Assembly (NCBI GenBank): GCA_046583315.1 | Contig: JAYGCN010000052.1 | Coordinates: 42,283 to 106,282, forward strand | Source: Candidatus Hydrogenedentota bacterium | Lineage (GTDB): Bacteria > Hydrogenedentota > Hydrogenedentia > Hydrogenedentales > GCA-2746185 | DNA: 64,000 bases | Direction: 5' to 3' | Shown here: positions 49,263-59,588 of the stretch, piece by piece | Position numbering within the stretch: position 1 is the first letter of the stretch | Layout: each line of letters opens with the position of its first letter | Made by a program: the position numbers and the translations under genes | The notes under the pieces: model-generated | Told to the model about the DNA's origin: nothing | Seen by the model: the letters and a program-made list of their open reading frames with translations, nothing else | Databases searched by the model: none

Positions 49263-50240
49263 ATGCGTGTTCAAGTTGTAGGGGCAGGAAGCTGGGGGTT
49301 GGCGTTGGCGCGTCTGCTGGCGCTCAATGGGAATGAGGTAAGCGTCTGGTGTCGTGAAGAGGACAATCCCGATGCATTGCGTGAAACTCGGGAGAGTCCG
49401 ATTTTTCTGCCAGGGGTTGAGATTCCCGCGAGCATTGACATCGTTACGGAAACGGATCCCGATGTCGATATCGCCGTGCTTGCCGTCCCGTCCCATGTGA
49501 TGCGATTGGTCGTCGGGGCGCACGAATTTTCGCCGGAAACCATCCGGGTTACGGTAGCCAAAGGAATAGAAAACGACACCCTGCATCGAATGGACGAAGT
49601 GATTCAAGAGGTGAGCGGTCCCTGCCCGGTGGTCGTGCTTTCGGGGCCCAGTCATGCCGAAGAAGTCGCCCGCGAACTTCCAGCCTCCGTATGTGTTGCC
49701 GGCGCCGATGAAGCAGCGTGTCTGAAAGTACAATCTGCCTTCCAGAGCCCTTATTTTCGTGTCTACACCACCCCTGATATCATCGGCGTTGAGCTTGGCG
49801 GGGCTCTCAAGAATGTTATCGCGATTGCGGCCGGAGTAAGCGATGGATTCGGACTGGGGGACAATGCGAAATCGGCTTTGGTAACGCGCGGGTTGGCGGA
49901 GATTTCCCGACTGGGCATTGCGATGGGTGCCGATCCCTTAACCTTCGCGGGGTTGAGCGGCATGGGGGATCTCATTACGACGTGCCTTAGCAAACATTCC
50001 CGTAATCGCGCAGTGGGAGAGCGATTGGCCAAGGGCATGAGCGTCGAAGAAGCACTTGCCGCGTCACCGATGGTCGCCGAAGGAGTACGTACAACGCAAT
50101 CGGCACACGCGCTTGCGCAGAAATACAACATCGACATGCCTATCACGCAACAGGTATACCGCGTGCTCTTTGAAGGGGCGGATGCGCGCGAGGCGGTCAC
50201 CGAATTGATGACACGCGAAGCACGACCAGAACAGGGATGA
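49263..50240 (+). CDS. gpsA: NAD(P)H-dependent glycerol-3-phosphate dehydrogenase
   Basis: GAGSWG, SGPSHAEEV, GGALKNVIAIA, GLSGMGDL, SRNR, AEGV. Confidence 0.96.
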   Translation: MRVQVVGAGSWGLALARLLALNGNEVSVWCREEDNPDALRETRESPIFLPGVEIPASIDIVTETDPDVDIAVLAVPSHVMRLVVGAHEFSPETIRVTVAKGIENDTLHRMDEVIQEVSGPCPVVVLSGPSHAEEVARELPASVCVAGADEAACLKVQSAFQSPYFRVYTTPDIIGVELGGALKNVIAIAAGVSDGFGLGDNAKSALVTRGLAEISRLGIAMGADPLTFAGLSGMGDLITTCLSKHSRNRAVGERLAKGMSVEEALAASPMVAEGVRTTQSAHALAQKYNIDMPITQQVYRVLFEGADAREAVTELMTREARPEQG

Positions 50241-50244
50241 GGGC

Positions 50245-51150
50245 ATGACGCGAAAAAAAATCGTAGTGACCGGTGCTTCAGGTTTCGTGGCAGGTAGCGT
50301 ATTGCACTTCGGCGCGATGGAACACGAAATCCATGCTTTTTCACAGGGTGAAGGATTACTCGAGCATCCTCATATTCACTGGCATCGGATCGAAATTGAA
50401 GATCGCGCTTGCATCGAAGAAACGATTAGAAGCATACAGCCCGACGCACTGATTCACGTCGCCGCCATCGCGGATATCGATTTCTGCGAGAACAATCCGG
50501 ACATCGCGCGCGCGGTGAATGTTGAGTACACGCATGTGCTCGCTGAGGTATGCGCAGCTCAATCGATCCGAATGGTTTTCGTATCCACCGATAATGTTTA
50601 CGATGGTCACGACGGGTCTTATACAGCGAAGTGTGCGGCCAATCCCGTCAATTATTACGGGCAGACAAAGGTTGATGCCGAGGCCGTGGTTCGCGAGTTG
50701 CTGCCAGATTCCGTCATCGCGCGCCTCGCACTGGTCATGGGATTTCCAATCATCGGCGGCGGGAATTCATTCGTGATGCGTATGATTGCCCAGTGGGAGA
50801 AAGGTGAGTCGGTGGGCGTGCCTGACAACGAAATTCGCTCACCAATCGATATCGTTACAGCCGGGCATGCCCTGTTGGAATTGGCGATCGGTGACTGTCG
50901 CGGCGTTGTATTATTGGGTGGCGCAGACGGGCTGGATCGAATCGATCTGGTTCGCCAATTGGCACCCGCGTTCGGATACGCATCGGAGATGGTGCATGCA
51001 TTCGACCCCAGCAATCTTCCCGGTCGTGCAAACAGACCTGTGTCGGTGATTTTCGATATGGAGGAAAGTCGTGCCGTGCTGACTACGCCCATTGTCGGCA
51101 TCGCGGAAGTGGTCGAATTACTCAGGCCGTTTCAGCGAAACGCGGATTAG
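50245..51150 (+). CDS. dTDP-4-dehydrorhamnose reductase-like extended SDR
   Basis: TGASGFV, STDNVYDG, PVNYYGQTK. Confidence 0.85.
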   Translation: MTRKKIVVTGASGFVAGSVLHFGAMEHEIHAFSQGEGLLEHPHIHWHRIEIEDRACIEETIRSIQPDALIHVAAIADIDFCENNPDIARAVNVEYTHVLAEVCAAQSIRMVFVSTDNVYDGHDGSYTAKCAANPVNYYGQTKVDAEAVVRELLPDSVIARLALVMGFPIIGGGNSFVMRMIAQWEKGESVGVPDNEIRSPIDIVTAGHALLELAIGDCRGVVLLGGADGLDRIDLVRQLAPAFGYASEMVHAFDPSNLPGRANRPVSVIFDMEESRAVLTTPIVGIAEVVELLRPFQRNAD

Positions 51151-51650
51151 GTGCGTTTGTCACGTTGTGAACTCGCACGACCGCGATCATATCGACCACC
51201 GCCACGCTTTTTACGCTCTTCAGCCGTCAACATTCCCCGATCCTTGTCGCCCTTATAGCTATTGGAAGCGGAATACGTTGTAGGCCGCACCACGACGACT
51301 ACGTAAAGGAGTACGAACATCATGACGAGCTCGAAATAGTAGAGCCACGTCGGGCTATAGAGTGATCTTTCGATAAAGTTCTCGGTCAGGAGGTTCGCGG
51401 GTGTCGTAAACGTTGCGCTTCTTACCGCCTCCGCAGCATCCATCGCCGTTTGTTCTTTATACCAGTCAGCCACGCTAACCATGAGCCAGAGCACATAGTG
51501 GCCCAACAATACGTAAACGCAATATTCGACCGAGTGAAAAACAACCGGCATGGCTTTTTTCTGATAGATAATGAATAGTGGCACGAGAATCACGCCGAGA
51601 AAGGCGAGCGGTCCCACATTTTCACGTGCCAATGTAATGATCGGTTCCAC
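51147..51650 (-). CDS. Hypothetical membrane protein
   Basis: Three hydrophobic segments and a basic C-terminal tail. Confidence 0.7.
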   Translation of the reverse strand: MEPIITLARENVGPLAFLGVILVPLFIIYQKKAMPVVFHSVEYCVYVLLGHYVLWLMVSVADWYKEQTAMDAAEAVRSATFTTPANLLTENFIERSLYSPTWLYYFELVMMFVLLYVVVVVRPTTYSASNSYKGDKDRGMLTAEERKKRGGGRYDRGRASSQRDKRT

Positions 51651-51773
51651 GAGGTTCCCCTTGTAGATTCAGCAGACAAAATTCCTGCCATATTTGCAAG
51701 TACTATAAGAAATTCCGGTAGCTTTGTAAAGCATTTTCGAGCTACTCATTCGAAATTTCGCTGTTTTTCTGGT

Positions 51774-51797
51774 GGCGTGACCCCGAAAGGTCACGCC
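51774..51797. other. Stable hairpin downstream of rnpB
   Basis: GGCGTGACC-CCGAAA-GGTCACGCC; no clear U-tract after it on the minus strand. Confidence 0.5.
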
Positions 51798-51806
51798 AAA
51801 ATAAGC

Positions 51807-52171
51807 GAGCAGGCCTGTAAGCCGAGTTCTGTCTAAGATGCAAGCATCTCGAGACGATCATTCATCTAGAATCTGCGTTGCCACAGATTTCGAGCTTCCT
51901 ACCCGGGAGCCGCGCGGACCACGCCATTGCTCCCCTATTTGGAATTGCTCCGAGTGGGGTTTAGCAGGCCGACTTGTCACCAAGCCACCGGTGCGCTCTT
52001 ACCGCACCATTTCAACCTTACCGGCCCAATCCATTAAGGAGAGGACGTAGGCGGTATATTTTCTGTTCCACTTTCCGTCGGGTCACCCCGCCTTGACGTT
52101 ATCAAGCACTCTGTCCTTCGGAGTTCGGACTTTCCTCGATATCAGGGATATCGCGACCGTCCAGCCTACTC
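51807..52171 (-). ncRNA. rnpB: RNase P RNA (class A)
   Basis: Reverse complement has GAGGAAAGTCCGAACTC, GGAACAGAAA, GGTGCGGTAAGAGCGCACC and ACAGAACTCGGCTTAC; terminal P1 pairing GAGTAGGC/GCCTGCTC. Confidence 0.96.
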
Positions 52172-52420
52172 AGGTAGAGTATACCACGAATTGTGACTTC
52201 GAGGCACGAGGGGGTATTCGGAAAACGCGCATAATGTAAAAACACATAGGATCTATTCATATCTCCTTGTATTGTAAGGGGATATTGTGATATTCTCAAT
52301 TCGTCGTAAAACCGTTTTTATCAATTTTCGGTGTTGCGTCCGGGCAAAACAGGATTTGTTGCTTACGTAAAACTGTTCTGCGGGGGCAAGGCTCCGAAGT
52401 ACTGACAAGGTGGAACCTAT

Positions 52421-52618
52421 ATGAGTCCGAGAACAAGCGAAAATCCTGGCGAATCTGTCAAGATGACGGTCACATTGCCCCGTGAAGTAGCAGCGTTTCT
52501 TCGCTGGAAGGCCGAGGTTGAAGGGATGAAGCGTGACGAGTTGCTGCGCAAAATTATCGTCCACTATGCCAAAAAATTGCGTAAGGAAGATTTTCGTACC
52601 CCGCCCATCGAAGATTAA
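52421..52618 (+). CDS. Small ribbon-helix-helix (CopG-like) DNA-binding protein
   Basis: KMTVTLPREVAAFLRWKA..EGMKRDELLRKII strand-helix-helix pattern; AAGGTGG SD. Confidence 0.6.
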   Translation: MSPRTSENPGESVKMTVTLPREVAAFLRWKAEVEGMKRDELLRKIIVHYAKKLRKEDFRTPPIED

Positions 52619-52779
52619 GCACCCTCAAGCTCTCCATTGATACGCGCAGGGCTCTCCGGGGTTGTGCAGGGACAATTGTAGCTTGAAATCCGTGCCGCCA
52701 TTTGATACTCTATTTGTCCGTGTCCTGTCTTGGACATGTTGATGTTCCACACCCAATTGATTTCCGGAGGTTTTGAAGA

Positions 52780-53208
52780 GTGAGTACGTATGTCCCGAAA
52801 TTGGGCGAAGTCGAAAAAGCTTGGCTCGTTATTGATGCAGAAGATAAAGTTCTCGGCCGTGTCGCCGCGGAAGCAGCGCACCTGCTTCGTGGAAAACACA
52901 AGCCACAATACACGCCTTACCTGGATTGTGGTGACAATGTCATCATCATCAATGCAGAGAAGGCGAAAGTTACCGGTGCCAAGCGTACCGATAAAATCTA
53001 CTACCGTCACAGCGGGTTTCCCGGCGGAATCAAGGACACGTCGTATGAGGCGATGTTGGAAAAGCATCCGACCCGTCCGATGACGCTTGCAATAACCGGC
53101 ATGCTTCCGCACAACCGTCTCGGCCGTGCGCTTGCGACGAACGTGCGTGTTTATGCGGGCCCAGACCACCCGCATGTGAGCCAAGACCCCGTCGAACATA
53201 CTTTTTAG
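52780..53208 (+). CDS. rplM: 50S ribosomal protein L13
   Basis: WLVIDA..VLGR, LRGKHKP.YTP..DCGD, YYRHSGFPGG, GMLPHN.LGR. Confidence 0.97.
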   Translation: MSTYVPKLGEVEKAWLVIDAEDKVLGRVAAEAAHLLRGKHKPQYTPYLDCGDNVIIINAEKAKVTGAKRTDKIYYRHSGFPGGIKDTSYEAMLEKHPTRPMTLAITGMLPHNRLGRALATNVRVYAGPDHPHVSQDPVEHTF

Positions 53209-53232
53209 TCAAACAACAAGAGGTTATATATC

Positions 53233-53637
53233 GTGTCAGTTGATAGCTTTACTGGAGAAATCATTTCTGTCGGACGTCGCAAAGAGTCGACCGCTCGCGT
53301 TCGCATCAAACCCGGTTCTGGAAATGTCGTTGTAAACGGTCGCCAAATTCGGGAATACCTTGGTCGCGCCGTTCTTGTGATGCTTGCCAAGCAACCGCTG
53401 GAACTGACCGAGAATATGACCAAGTTTGATATGCGTATCCGTTGTAACGGAGGCGGAAAATCGGGACAGGCCGGCGCGATTCGCCTCGGCATTGCTCGTG
53501 CACTCATCGAACACGATGAATCACTTCGTGGAGCGCTGAAGAAGGCCGGATTCCTGACTCGTGACGCGCGTGAAGTTGAGCGTAAGAAATACGGACAGCC
53601 CGGCGCGCGTAAGCGTTTCCAGTTCTCGAAGCGTTAA
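53233..53637 (+). CDS. rpsI: 30S ribosomal protein S9
   Basis: [51 protein letters not shown]. Confidence 0.97.
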   Translation: MSVDSFTGEIISVGRRKESTARVRIKPGSGNVVVNGRQIREYLGRAVLVMLAKQPLELTENMTKFDMRIRCNGGGKSGQAGAIRLGIARALIEHDESLRGALKKAGFLTRDAREVERKKYGQPGARKRFQFSKR

Positions 53638-53660
53638 GCCGTTTTACCATTCAATTTCGA

Positions 53661-53695
53661 AGCCGCCTCCAACGTTGGTTGGAGGCGGCTTTTTT
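53661..53695 (+). terminator. Rho-independent terminator of rplM-rpsI
   Basis: AGCCGCCTCCAAC-GTTG-GTTGGAGGCGGCT followed by a T run. Confidence 0.88.
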
Positions 53696-53857
53696 GTGTT
53701 TTCGGGTGAATCAAAAGGAAATTTATGATATCGCCGCGCCAGGTAATGTATCGCGTACATTTTTGTGAATTGTATCTCGATAAAAGCGGTAAAACGGGGA
53801 TCAACTTAGTATAATACCGGAGTGCTGTAACGTCGTGAGTGAAGGAGTCGATTCGAA

Positions 53858-54319
53858 TTGTCGAAACTGAATTCACTTCCGCGGGTACGGGCTGCTGCCA
53901 TTATCCAACGGGGGAACTCGATCCTGATGGTGCGCCACGAGAAGGGGGATTCTTCTTATTGGTTGTTGCCGGGTGGAGGGGTCGATTTGGGCGAGACCTT
54001 GCACGAGGCTGTCATTCGAGAGTTGAAGGAAGAAGTGTCCTTGGAGATTCGTCCGGGTGCGATGGTTTTCGTGAGCGAGAGCATTGCGCCGGATGATTCG
54101 CGTCACATGATTCAGTGTTGTTTTCTGGCCGAGATCGTTTCGGGAGAAGTCGCGCTGGGAATTGATGAGCGCGTCGTCGAAGCGGCATTTGTGTCCGTGG
54201 AGGAACTGGGGGATCTAGAAGTGCATCCCCCGTTGAACAACGAATTGATCGATGGCATTCGAAACGGTTTTGATACGGATGCCGGTTACATAAAAAACCG
54301 ATGGGTGGATCGGAAATAG
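53858..54319 (+). CDS. Nudix hydrolase
   Basis: WLLPGGGVDLGETLHEAVIRELKEEVS Nudix box. Confidence 0.9.
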   Translation: MSKLNSLPRVRAAAIIQRGNSILMVRHEKGDSSYWLLPGGGVDLGETLHEAVIRELKEEVSLEIRPGAMVFVSESIAPDDSRHMIQCCFLAEIVSGEVALGIDERVVEAAFVSVEELGDLEVHPPLNNELIDGIRNGFDTDAGYIKNRWVDRK

Positions 54320-54350
54320 GATTGTACAATTGAGAAGGGGGAACAGTTTT

Positions 54351-55815
54351 ATGCGAGTAGCGATTTTGAATCCTATGTTTGGTCGGGATTTCACGAAGTC
54401 AGCGAGATGGTTTGCGCGATCACGGGGGCGTGTACAACGGCATCCGGATTACCTCGCGTATTGTGCCGGTGTTGTTGAGGCGGCGGGCCATAATATTCTA
54501 TTCGTGGACAATCAGGCGAAGAATCTACCTTCGGAAGTTTTCGTCGATGACCTAAAAAAATGGAAACCGGATCTGGTTGTGTGTCAGACGAGCACCCCTT
54601 CCATCTATTCTGATATAAAATCGGCCGCTCTGTTCAAAGAAAAGACAGGTGCCATGACGGTGTTCGTTGGGTCCCATTCGTCGGCCGTACCGGACGAAGT
54701 GCTCCGGGATGCCGAGGGTGCTGTGGATGCCTTCGCGCGAGGCGAGTTTGATTACACGATTCGGGATCTTGCGGATGGAACGGCTTTGAAGGATTGCGTC
54801 GGGCTGAGTTGGTGGAATGATGGTGAGATCGTTACCAATCCCGAGAGACCGTATATCGAAAACCTGGATGAGATGGCCTTTCCCGCATGGCAGCATCTGG
54901 ACATCAATGATTACCACGACGGCGCGAAACTTTTTTCCGTTTCTGACGTTTATCACCGGGCGCGGGTGTCGGTATCGCTACAGCTACTGTCAGATTCCCC
55001 AGGTAATGAATGGCCATCGCTACCGCACGCGCAGTGTCGAGAACGTGGTCGATGAAATGGAATACAACCTCAAGCTGTTTCCGAATTTGAAGGAGATTAT
55101 GTTTGAGGACGATACGCTGACGATGCGTATCGCGCGCGACCGCTTAATCGAACTGTGTGAGGAGATTATTCGTCGCGATCTGCCTCTGTCCTGGAGCGCC
55201 AACGCCCGCGTGGATCTGAATGATGTCGAGACGCTCAAATTGATGAAACGTTCGGGCTGCCGCATGCTGTGTGTGGGCTTTGAATTTGGCAATCAGGAAA
55301 TTTTGAACAATGTGAAGAAGGGTACGACGATCGACCAGATGTATACTTTCGCTGAGAACGCGCGTAAGGCGAAATTGCGCATTCACGGTTGCTTCATGTT
55401 TGGTGGTCCGAGCGAAACCGTTGATACTGCGCGAGAGACGATCAAGATGTCGCAGGAACTCAAGATTGACACGGCGCAGTTTACCGGGGTGGTGGCGTAT
55501 CCAGGCACGACCTATTATGACTGGGCGAAGAAAGAGGGGACATTGATTCCAGAGAATTGGCGCGATTGGGTGGACGATGATTATGAGCAGAAAGGTGTCG
55601 TTGACTTGCCGGGCTTATCCAAGGAACAGATCGAGGGATTGATTGACGAAGGGTTACGCGAATTTTATCTGCGTCCGTCTCAGGTGTGGCGCATGGCAGT
55701 CAACATTCGTGATATAGCGGATGTGAAAGCGAAGTATCATGGACTTAAAAGTTTCGTGGGCTATTTTGGTTCAGGAAAGAAGAAACCCTTCGTGGAATTC
55801 ACCGGCAACAATTAG
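54351..55815 (+). pseudogene. Cobalamin-binding radical SAM enzyme (HpnJ-like), frameshifted
   Basis: B12-binding domain in ORF 54330-55055 and radical SAM core (FEDDT, GFEFG) in ORF 54817-55815. They join at a T6 run (54931-54936) carrying one extra T. The cluster motif reads CRYRYSYC. Confidence 0.8.
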
Positions 55816-55832
55816 CGTACGATGTTTATCGC

Positions 55833-55874
55833 AAAAAAAAGAGCCTCGACGGGCGACCGTCGAGGCTCTTTTTT
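55833..55874. terminator. Bidirectional Rho-independent terminator
   Basis: A8-GAGCCTCGACGG-GCGA-CCGTCGAGGCTC-T6 between convergent genes. Confidence 0.9.
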
Positions 55875-55890
55875 GATATTGGTTTGGGGC

Positions 55891-57663
55891 TTACTTCCAG
55901 AGCGAACTGAATTTCTTCTGAAGTTTTGACTCATTGCCATGAATCGCATCTTTGCCTTCAAGAATCGCGAACTTGTCGAGGTAATCCTCAACGCGCGCTG
56001 CAGTAATCTGTCGCGTTATGTCGTTTTGGACTTCAGCGGGCAGATCTTCGCGGAAGGCATAATTCGGCGCACCGGTCGCGGAGGTGTTTTCGTAGCTACC
56101 GACGTGCACACCGTTTAGCGTGCGGTAGTAGACGCTCCAGTTTCCGTTCATAAGGCATTCGGCCCAGAGGTACTGTTTGTTATCCAGGCTGTCGTGCACC
56201 GGAATCTTCGCGAAGAAATATTCGCGAGAAGAGGCGATACCGAGTTCAGCGAGATACAGGTCGGTGTACTCGTTCATCAATTGCGGCGTTACCCATTTCG
56301 CGCGGGAAACTTTGGCGTGCAGGTTGTCCACACGAGTGAGTCGGGTGCTGTGGTTGTATTTTTCCGGTGTCAACGGGCTTCCGCCCTGAATCTGAACCGT
56401 CAACAAATCGGTATTGTGAATCAGCGTGTCCAACGTGGCCTGACGGCGTTCGTTGGCTTCTTCCAGCTCGCCTACCATTTCGGTCAGGCGCCTATTCTCT
56501 GCATTGAGGCCCTCGTGGCGAGAGTTTACGATGGTGGTTTCATTCATCAACTCTTCCAGTAACTCCGAGGCGACGATAAAGTCATCGTTCGCAATCTCAA
56601 TGTCGGCGAGAACTTCGCGCAGTCGCAGGTCTTCTTGACGAAGCGTGTCTTGCGTGGAGAAGAGTTTCTCTTCACTTGATTTGATGCTGGCGGAAAGTTG
56701 GTCATATTGTTGCCGCATTGATTCAAGCTGCTCTTCAGTCAGTGGATCTGCGCGATTGAGGTCGTCGTTCAATTTCTGGTTCTTGCGACGCAAATCGTCG
56801 ATTTCAGTATTCGCGTCTGCGAGTTCATCGCGCGAGGGATTGGGAATCTGGCTGATGTGAGGACCACCAATGAGGGCACCGATAATGGCGCCGAGTACCA
56901 GAATAGTGAGGACAAGCGTTTTAACTTTACCACCACCCTTACCTTCTCTCGTGGGGACACCAGGTACTTGGCCGATATCTTGGGGCATGCCGGTATCAGG
57001 TGAAAAGTCAGGTATCGGCGTCGCGCCTTCAGCACCTACGTCCGGTGTGGGAACGCCAAAAGCATCGTTATCAAATCCCATGCCGCCGCCGGAAGATTCA
57101 CCGCCGAAATTGCTGGCACCGAAGCCACTGTCGCCGCCGTCGAACATAGGTGTTTCCATGGCTTGCGTGGGAGATGGGGTTCCTGCGCCGCCGGATGAGA
57201 AGTCGTCACTGTTGCCGCCGAAGGCACTGTCGAACATCGGCGTTTCGATATCGGAATCGGGGCCGGGTCCAATCTCCGGTGTCTCGGGGGAAAAGTCACT
57301 GTCTGCGGCGAAATCCTGGAAGCCGAGGCCGCCACCGGGCTCGGGTGTATCAAGATCATTTGTGGGTGTATCAAAACCACCACCGGGTGTACTGACAGGA
57401 GGCTGCTGATCGGGCGTGTCTAAATCTGACGGGCGCACGGCAGGTGTATCCACCTTGATGTCAACAATGGGAGGCAATCCACCTTCGCTGTCCTCCTCAC
57501 CGGGGTCGCTGTCGAGTGGTGGAAGTCCACCATCGGATTCACCGTCGCCTGAATCGAAGTCGCTCAGCGGCGGGAGATTGCCGAAGCCACCTTCGTCTTC
57601 ATCTTTGTCTTCGTCGCCAGTAAGTGCCCCGAAGTCATCGTTGTTGCCAGTGTCGTCGGCCAT
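55891..57663 (-). CDS. Bitopic membrane protein with an acidic low-complexity N-terminus and a coiled coil
   Basis: About 240 aa D/E/G/P-rich region, one TM (LVLTILVLGAIIGALIGG), long heptad region; AGGAG SD before ATG 57663. Confidence 0.8.
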   Translation of the reverse strand: MADDTGNNDDFGALTGDEDKDEDEGGFGNLPPLSDFDSGDGESDGGLPPLDSDPGEEDSEGGLPPIVDIKVDTPAVRPSDLDTPDQQPPVSTPGGGFDTPTNDLDTPEPGGGLGFQDFAADSDFSPETPEIGPGPDSDIETPMFDSAFGGNSDDFSSGGAGTPSPTQAMETPMFDGGDSGFGASNFGGESSGGGMGFDNDAFGVPTPDVGAEGATPIPDFSPDTGMPQDIGQVPGVPTREGKGGGKVKTLVLTILVLGAIIGALIGGPHISQIPNPSRDELADANTEIDDLRRKNQKLNDDLNRADPLTEEQLESMRQQYDQLSASIKSSEEKLFSTQDTLRQEDLRLREVLADIEIANDDFIVASELLEELMNETTIVNSRHEGLNAENRRLTEMVGELEEANERRQATLDTLIHNTDLLTVQIQGGSPLTPEKYNHSTRLTRVDNLHAKVSRAKWVTPQLMNEYTDLYLAELGIASSREYFFAKIPVHDSLDNKQYLWAECLMNGNWSVYYRTLNGVHVGSYENTSATGAPNYAFREDLPAEVQNDITRQITAARVEDYLDKFAILEGKDAIHGNESKLQKKFSSLWK

Positions 57664-57894
57664 GGTATCTATCTCCTGTAGCGCAAGCACACGAGTGCAG
57701 TATAAACAAAGTCTATGTTATCGTTTCGATTGTAGCATGGGGTAGGGATCGTGTCAAGAAACTCCCATGCCCGTGTCAGATCCGGAGAATTGACATCGTC
57801 GTACTTTTCTCCGTTGATAGTCGAGCGAATATGAATCGGCGATTTCTGAGAAAGGGGGATTTAGGTTTGCCGATTAATGATAAAACCAATAATT

Positions 57895-59586
57895 CTAAAG
57901 CAACCTGTCTATTTCGGGCTGAAGTCTGGGCGCATGTTGCACAGCCTGAGCGAAGCGTTTGTCCGCCTGCACGCGATCACCAGACGCCAATAAGCATTTA
58001 CCCATACCCATCAATGCTCGTCCAACATTTTCCTTATTGCGGTCGTCGGGAACGATGGATGCCACGAGTTGAAAATGCTGGATAGCGTCACCGTATCGCG
58101 CTTGATCCAAATAGATCTGGCCCATGGAGAGGTGCGACTGGATTTCTTCGTCCCAGAAGTTTTGCTGTCCGCTTGGCAGGTCGGCCTTGCGCTCTGCGTA
58201 GGCATTGATGATCGACGTGTAGTGGCGTTTCGCGCCGACCGGATTATTGATGGTGTATTGGTGTGCCACGGCAAGATTGTAATTGACGCGGGTGGTATCG
58301 GGATTCTCTCGAATGGTTGCTTCATAAATTGAACGATTCGTGCGCCAATCGGCGTTGCGTTCTATGCTCACGAAGGTCAGACTTATGCCCCAGATAAGGA
58401 CAACTATTCCGAACACGGCCTGGACGCGCTGGGATGTGAGTGTGGAAAAATAGGCCGGAATCACTTCGAACAAAACCGAGAGTAGCACGAGCAGGAATCC
58501 GACCATCGGCACGTACATCCAATGCTCGGCCATGGGCGCGTTCAGGGGGATGATGCCTGAGATGGGCAGCCAACCGGCGAGAAACCACGCGGCACCGAGC
58601 GCGATTCGATATTGTCTGCGTTGCAAACGAATGCCGATGCTCACGATGAGTGCGAGCAGCATGAGCGCACCGAAGACCGTTGTCATTGTTGTCGCGTGTA
58701 CGAGTGTGCGTTCCATGTGCAGGTTGCCCGGCGCGATAATGAGCTCGATGTAATACGCGAACGATTGGACGGTTTCGACCATGCGCTCACCAAAGGTTGA
58801 CTCGGGTGCTGGTGAATCGGAGCCAAAATTGAGTGGGCCCAATCGTAGGACGGCGTAGAGGACCAAAATGAGGATGGAACCAATCATCATGACCCCATGA
58901 CGAAGCGAGAATTTGATGGCGTGAATTTTATTGGCCGCAATCAGGGTCAGTATCAACAGAACGGGGAAGATGAGCGTACTTTCCTTGCTGAGCAAGCCCG
59001 CCAAGAAGCAGGTTAGGGTCAATCCGGCGAAGAGTACGGGACGTCGCGGCTGTATGGCTGTCGCAAAGGCCAGCCCCGATAAAATGAACGCGGCTGACAT
59101 GGAATCGGCGCGCCCGCTGATGTAGGTGACGGCTTCGGTGTGCAGGGGGTGTATGGCGTAGATCAGTGGCAGGGCGATTTGAACCGGGGTTGACGCTTCC
59201 AGGTTGCGCAGAAGGAACAGCAAGGCGATGCAGGCGAGCGCGTGCCAGAGTATGCTGTCGAGATGGAAAATGAAGGGGCTGAGTTGCGCGATGACTTCCG
59301 GGCTCTCCATAATCGTCGGCCCGTTGTTGGACAGCCAGAAATCGAACATGAAGGTGACGGCAAGAAGCGGGCGATAAAAGTTGCCTTGCCCGCCGGCGAA
59401 GGCGTGTTGATCTTCGGTGAAAAGTTGGGTGATGGCGGCGGGGTCTTGCACGTGTTCATGCAGAAGAATCGAGGAGACATCGTCCCAGATAAATTCACCG
59501 ACGAGTGTATTGGCATACACGAGCGCGCAAAGTCCGAGGATGCCGCAACTCATGGCGCGCACAAGGTGGGGAGGCGCCGCACCCAT
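57895..59586 (-). CDS. TMTC-like GT-C glycosyltransferase with C-terminal TPRs
   Basis: FIWDD, FYRPL, HPLHTEAVTYISGRAD, LSKE, AEHWMYVP, RNADW; TPR tail. Confidence 0.85.
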   Translation of the reverse strand: MGAAPPHLVRAMSCGILGLCALVYANTLVGEFIWDDVSSILLHEHVQDPAAITQLFTEDQHAFAGGQGNFYRPLLAVTFMFDFWLSNNGPTIMESPEVIAQLSPFIFHLDSILWHALACIALLFLLRNLEASTPVQIALPLIYAIHPLHTEAVTYISGRADSMSAAFILSGLAFATAIQPRRPVLFAGLTLTCFLAGLLSKESTLIFPVLLILTLIAANKIHAIKFSLRHGVMMIGSILILVLYAVLRLGPLNFGSDSPAPESTFGERMVETVQSFAYYIELIIAPGNLHMERTLVHATTMTTVFGALMLLALIVSIGIRLQRRQYRIALGAAWFLAGWLPISGIIPLNAPMAEHWMYVPMVGFLLVLLSVLFEVIPAYFSTLTSQRVQAVFGIVVLIWGISLTFVSIERNADWRTNRSIYEATIRENPDTTRVNYNLAVAHQYTINNPVGAKRHYTSIINAYAERKADLPSGQQNFWDEEIQSHLSMGQIYLDQARYGDAIQHFQLVASIVPDDRNKENVGRALMGMGKCLLASGDRVQADKRFAQAVQHAPRLQPEIDRLL

Positions 59587-59588
59587 AG

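Noticed and set aside
51838..52299. Short ORFs overlapping 51.8-52.2 kb
   Set aside because: The region is the RNase P RNA gene and its promoter.
54925..54940. Programmed ribosomal frameshift in the radical SAM gene
   Set aside because: It would need a +1 shift, I saw no stimulatory element, and the separate Cys-to-Tyr loss argues for decay or error.
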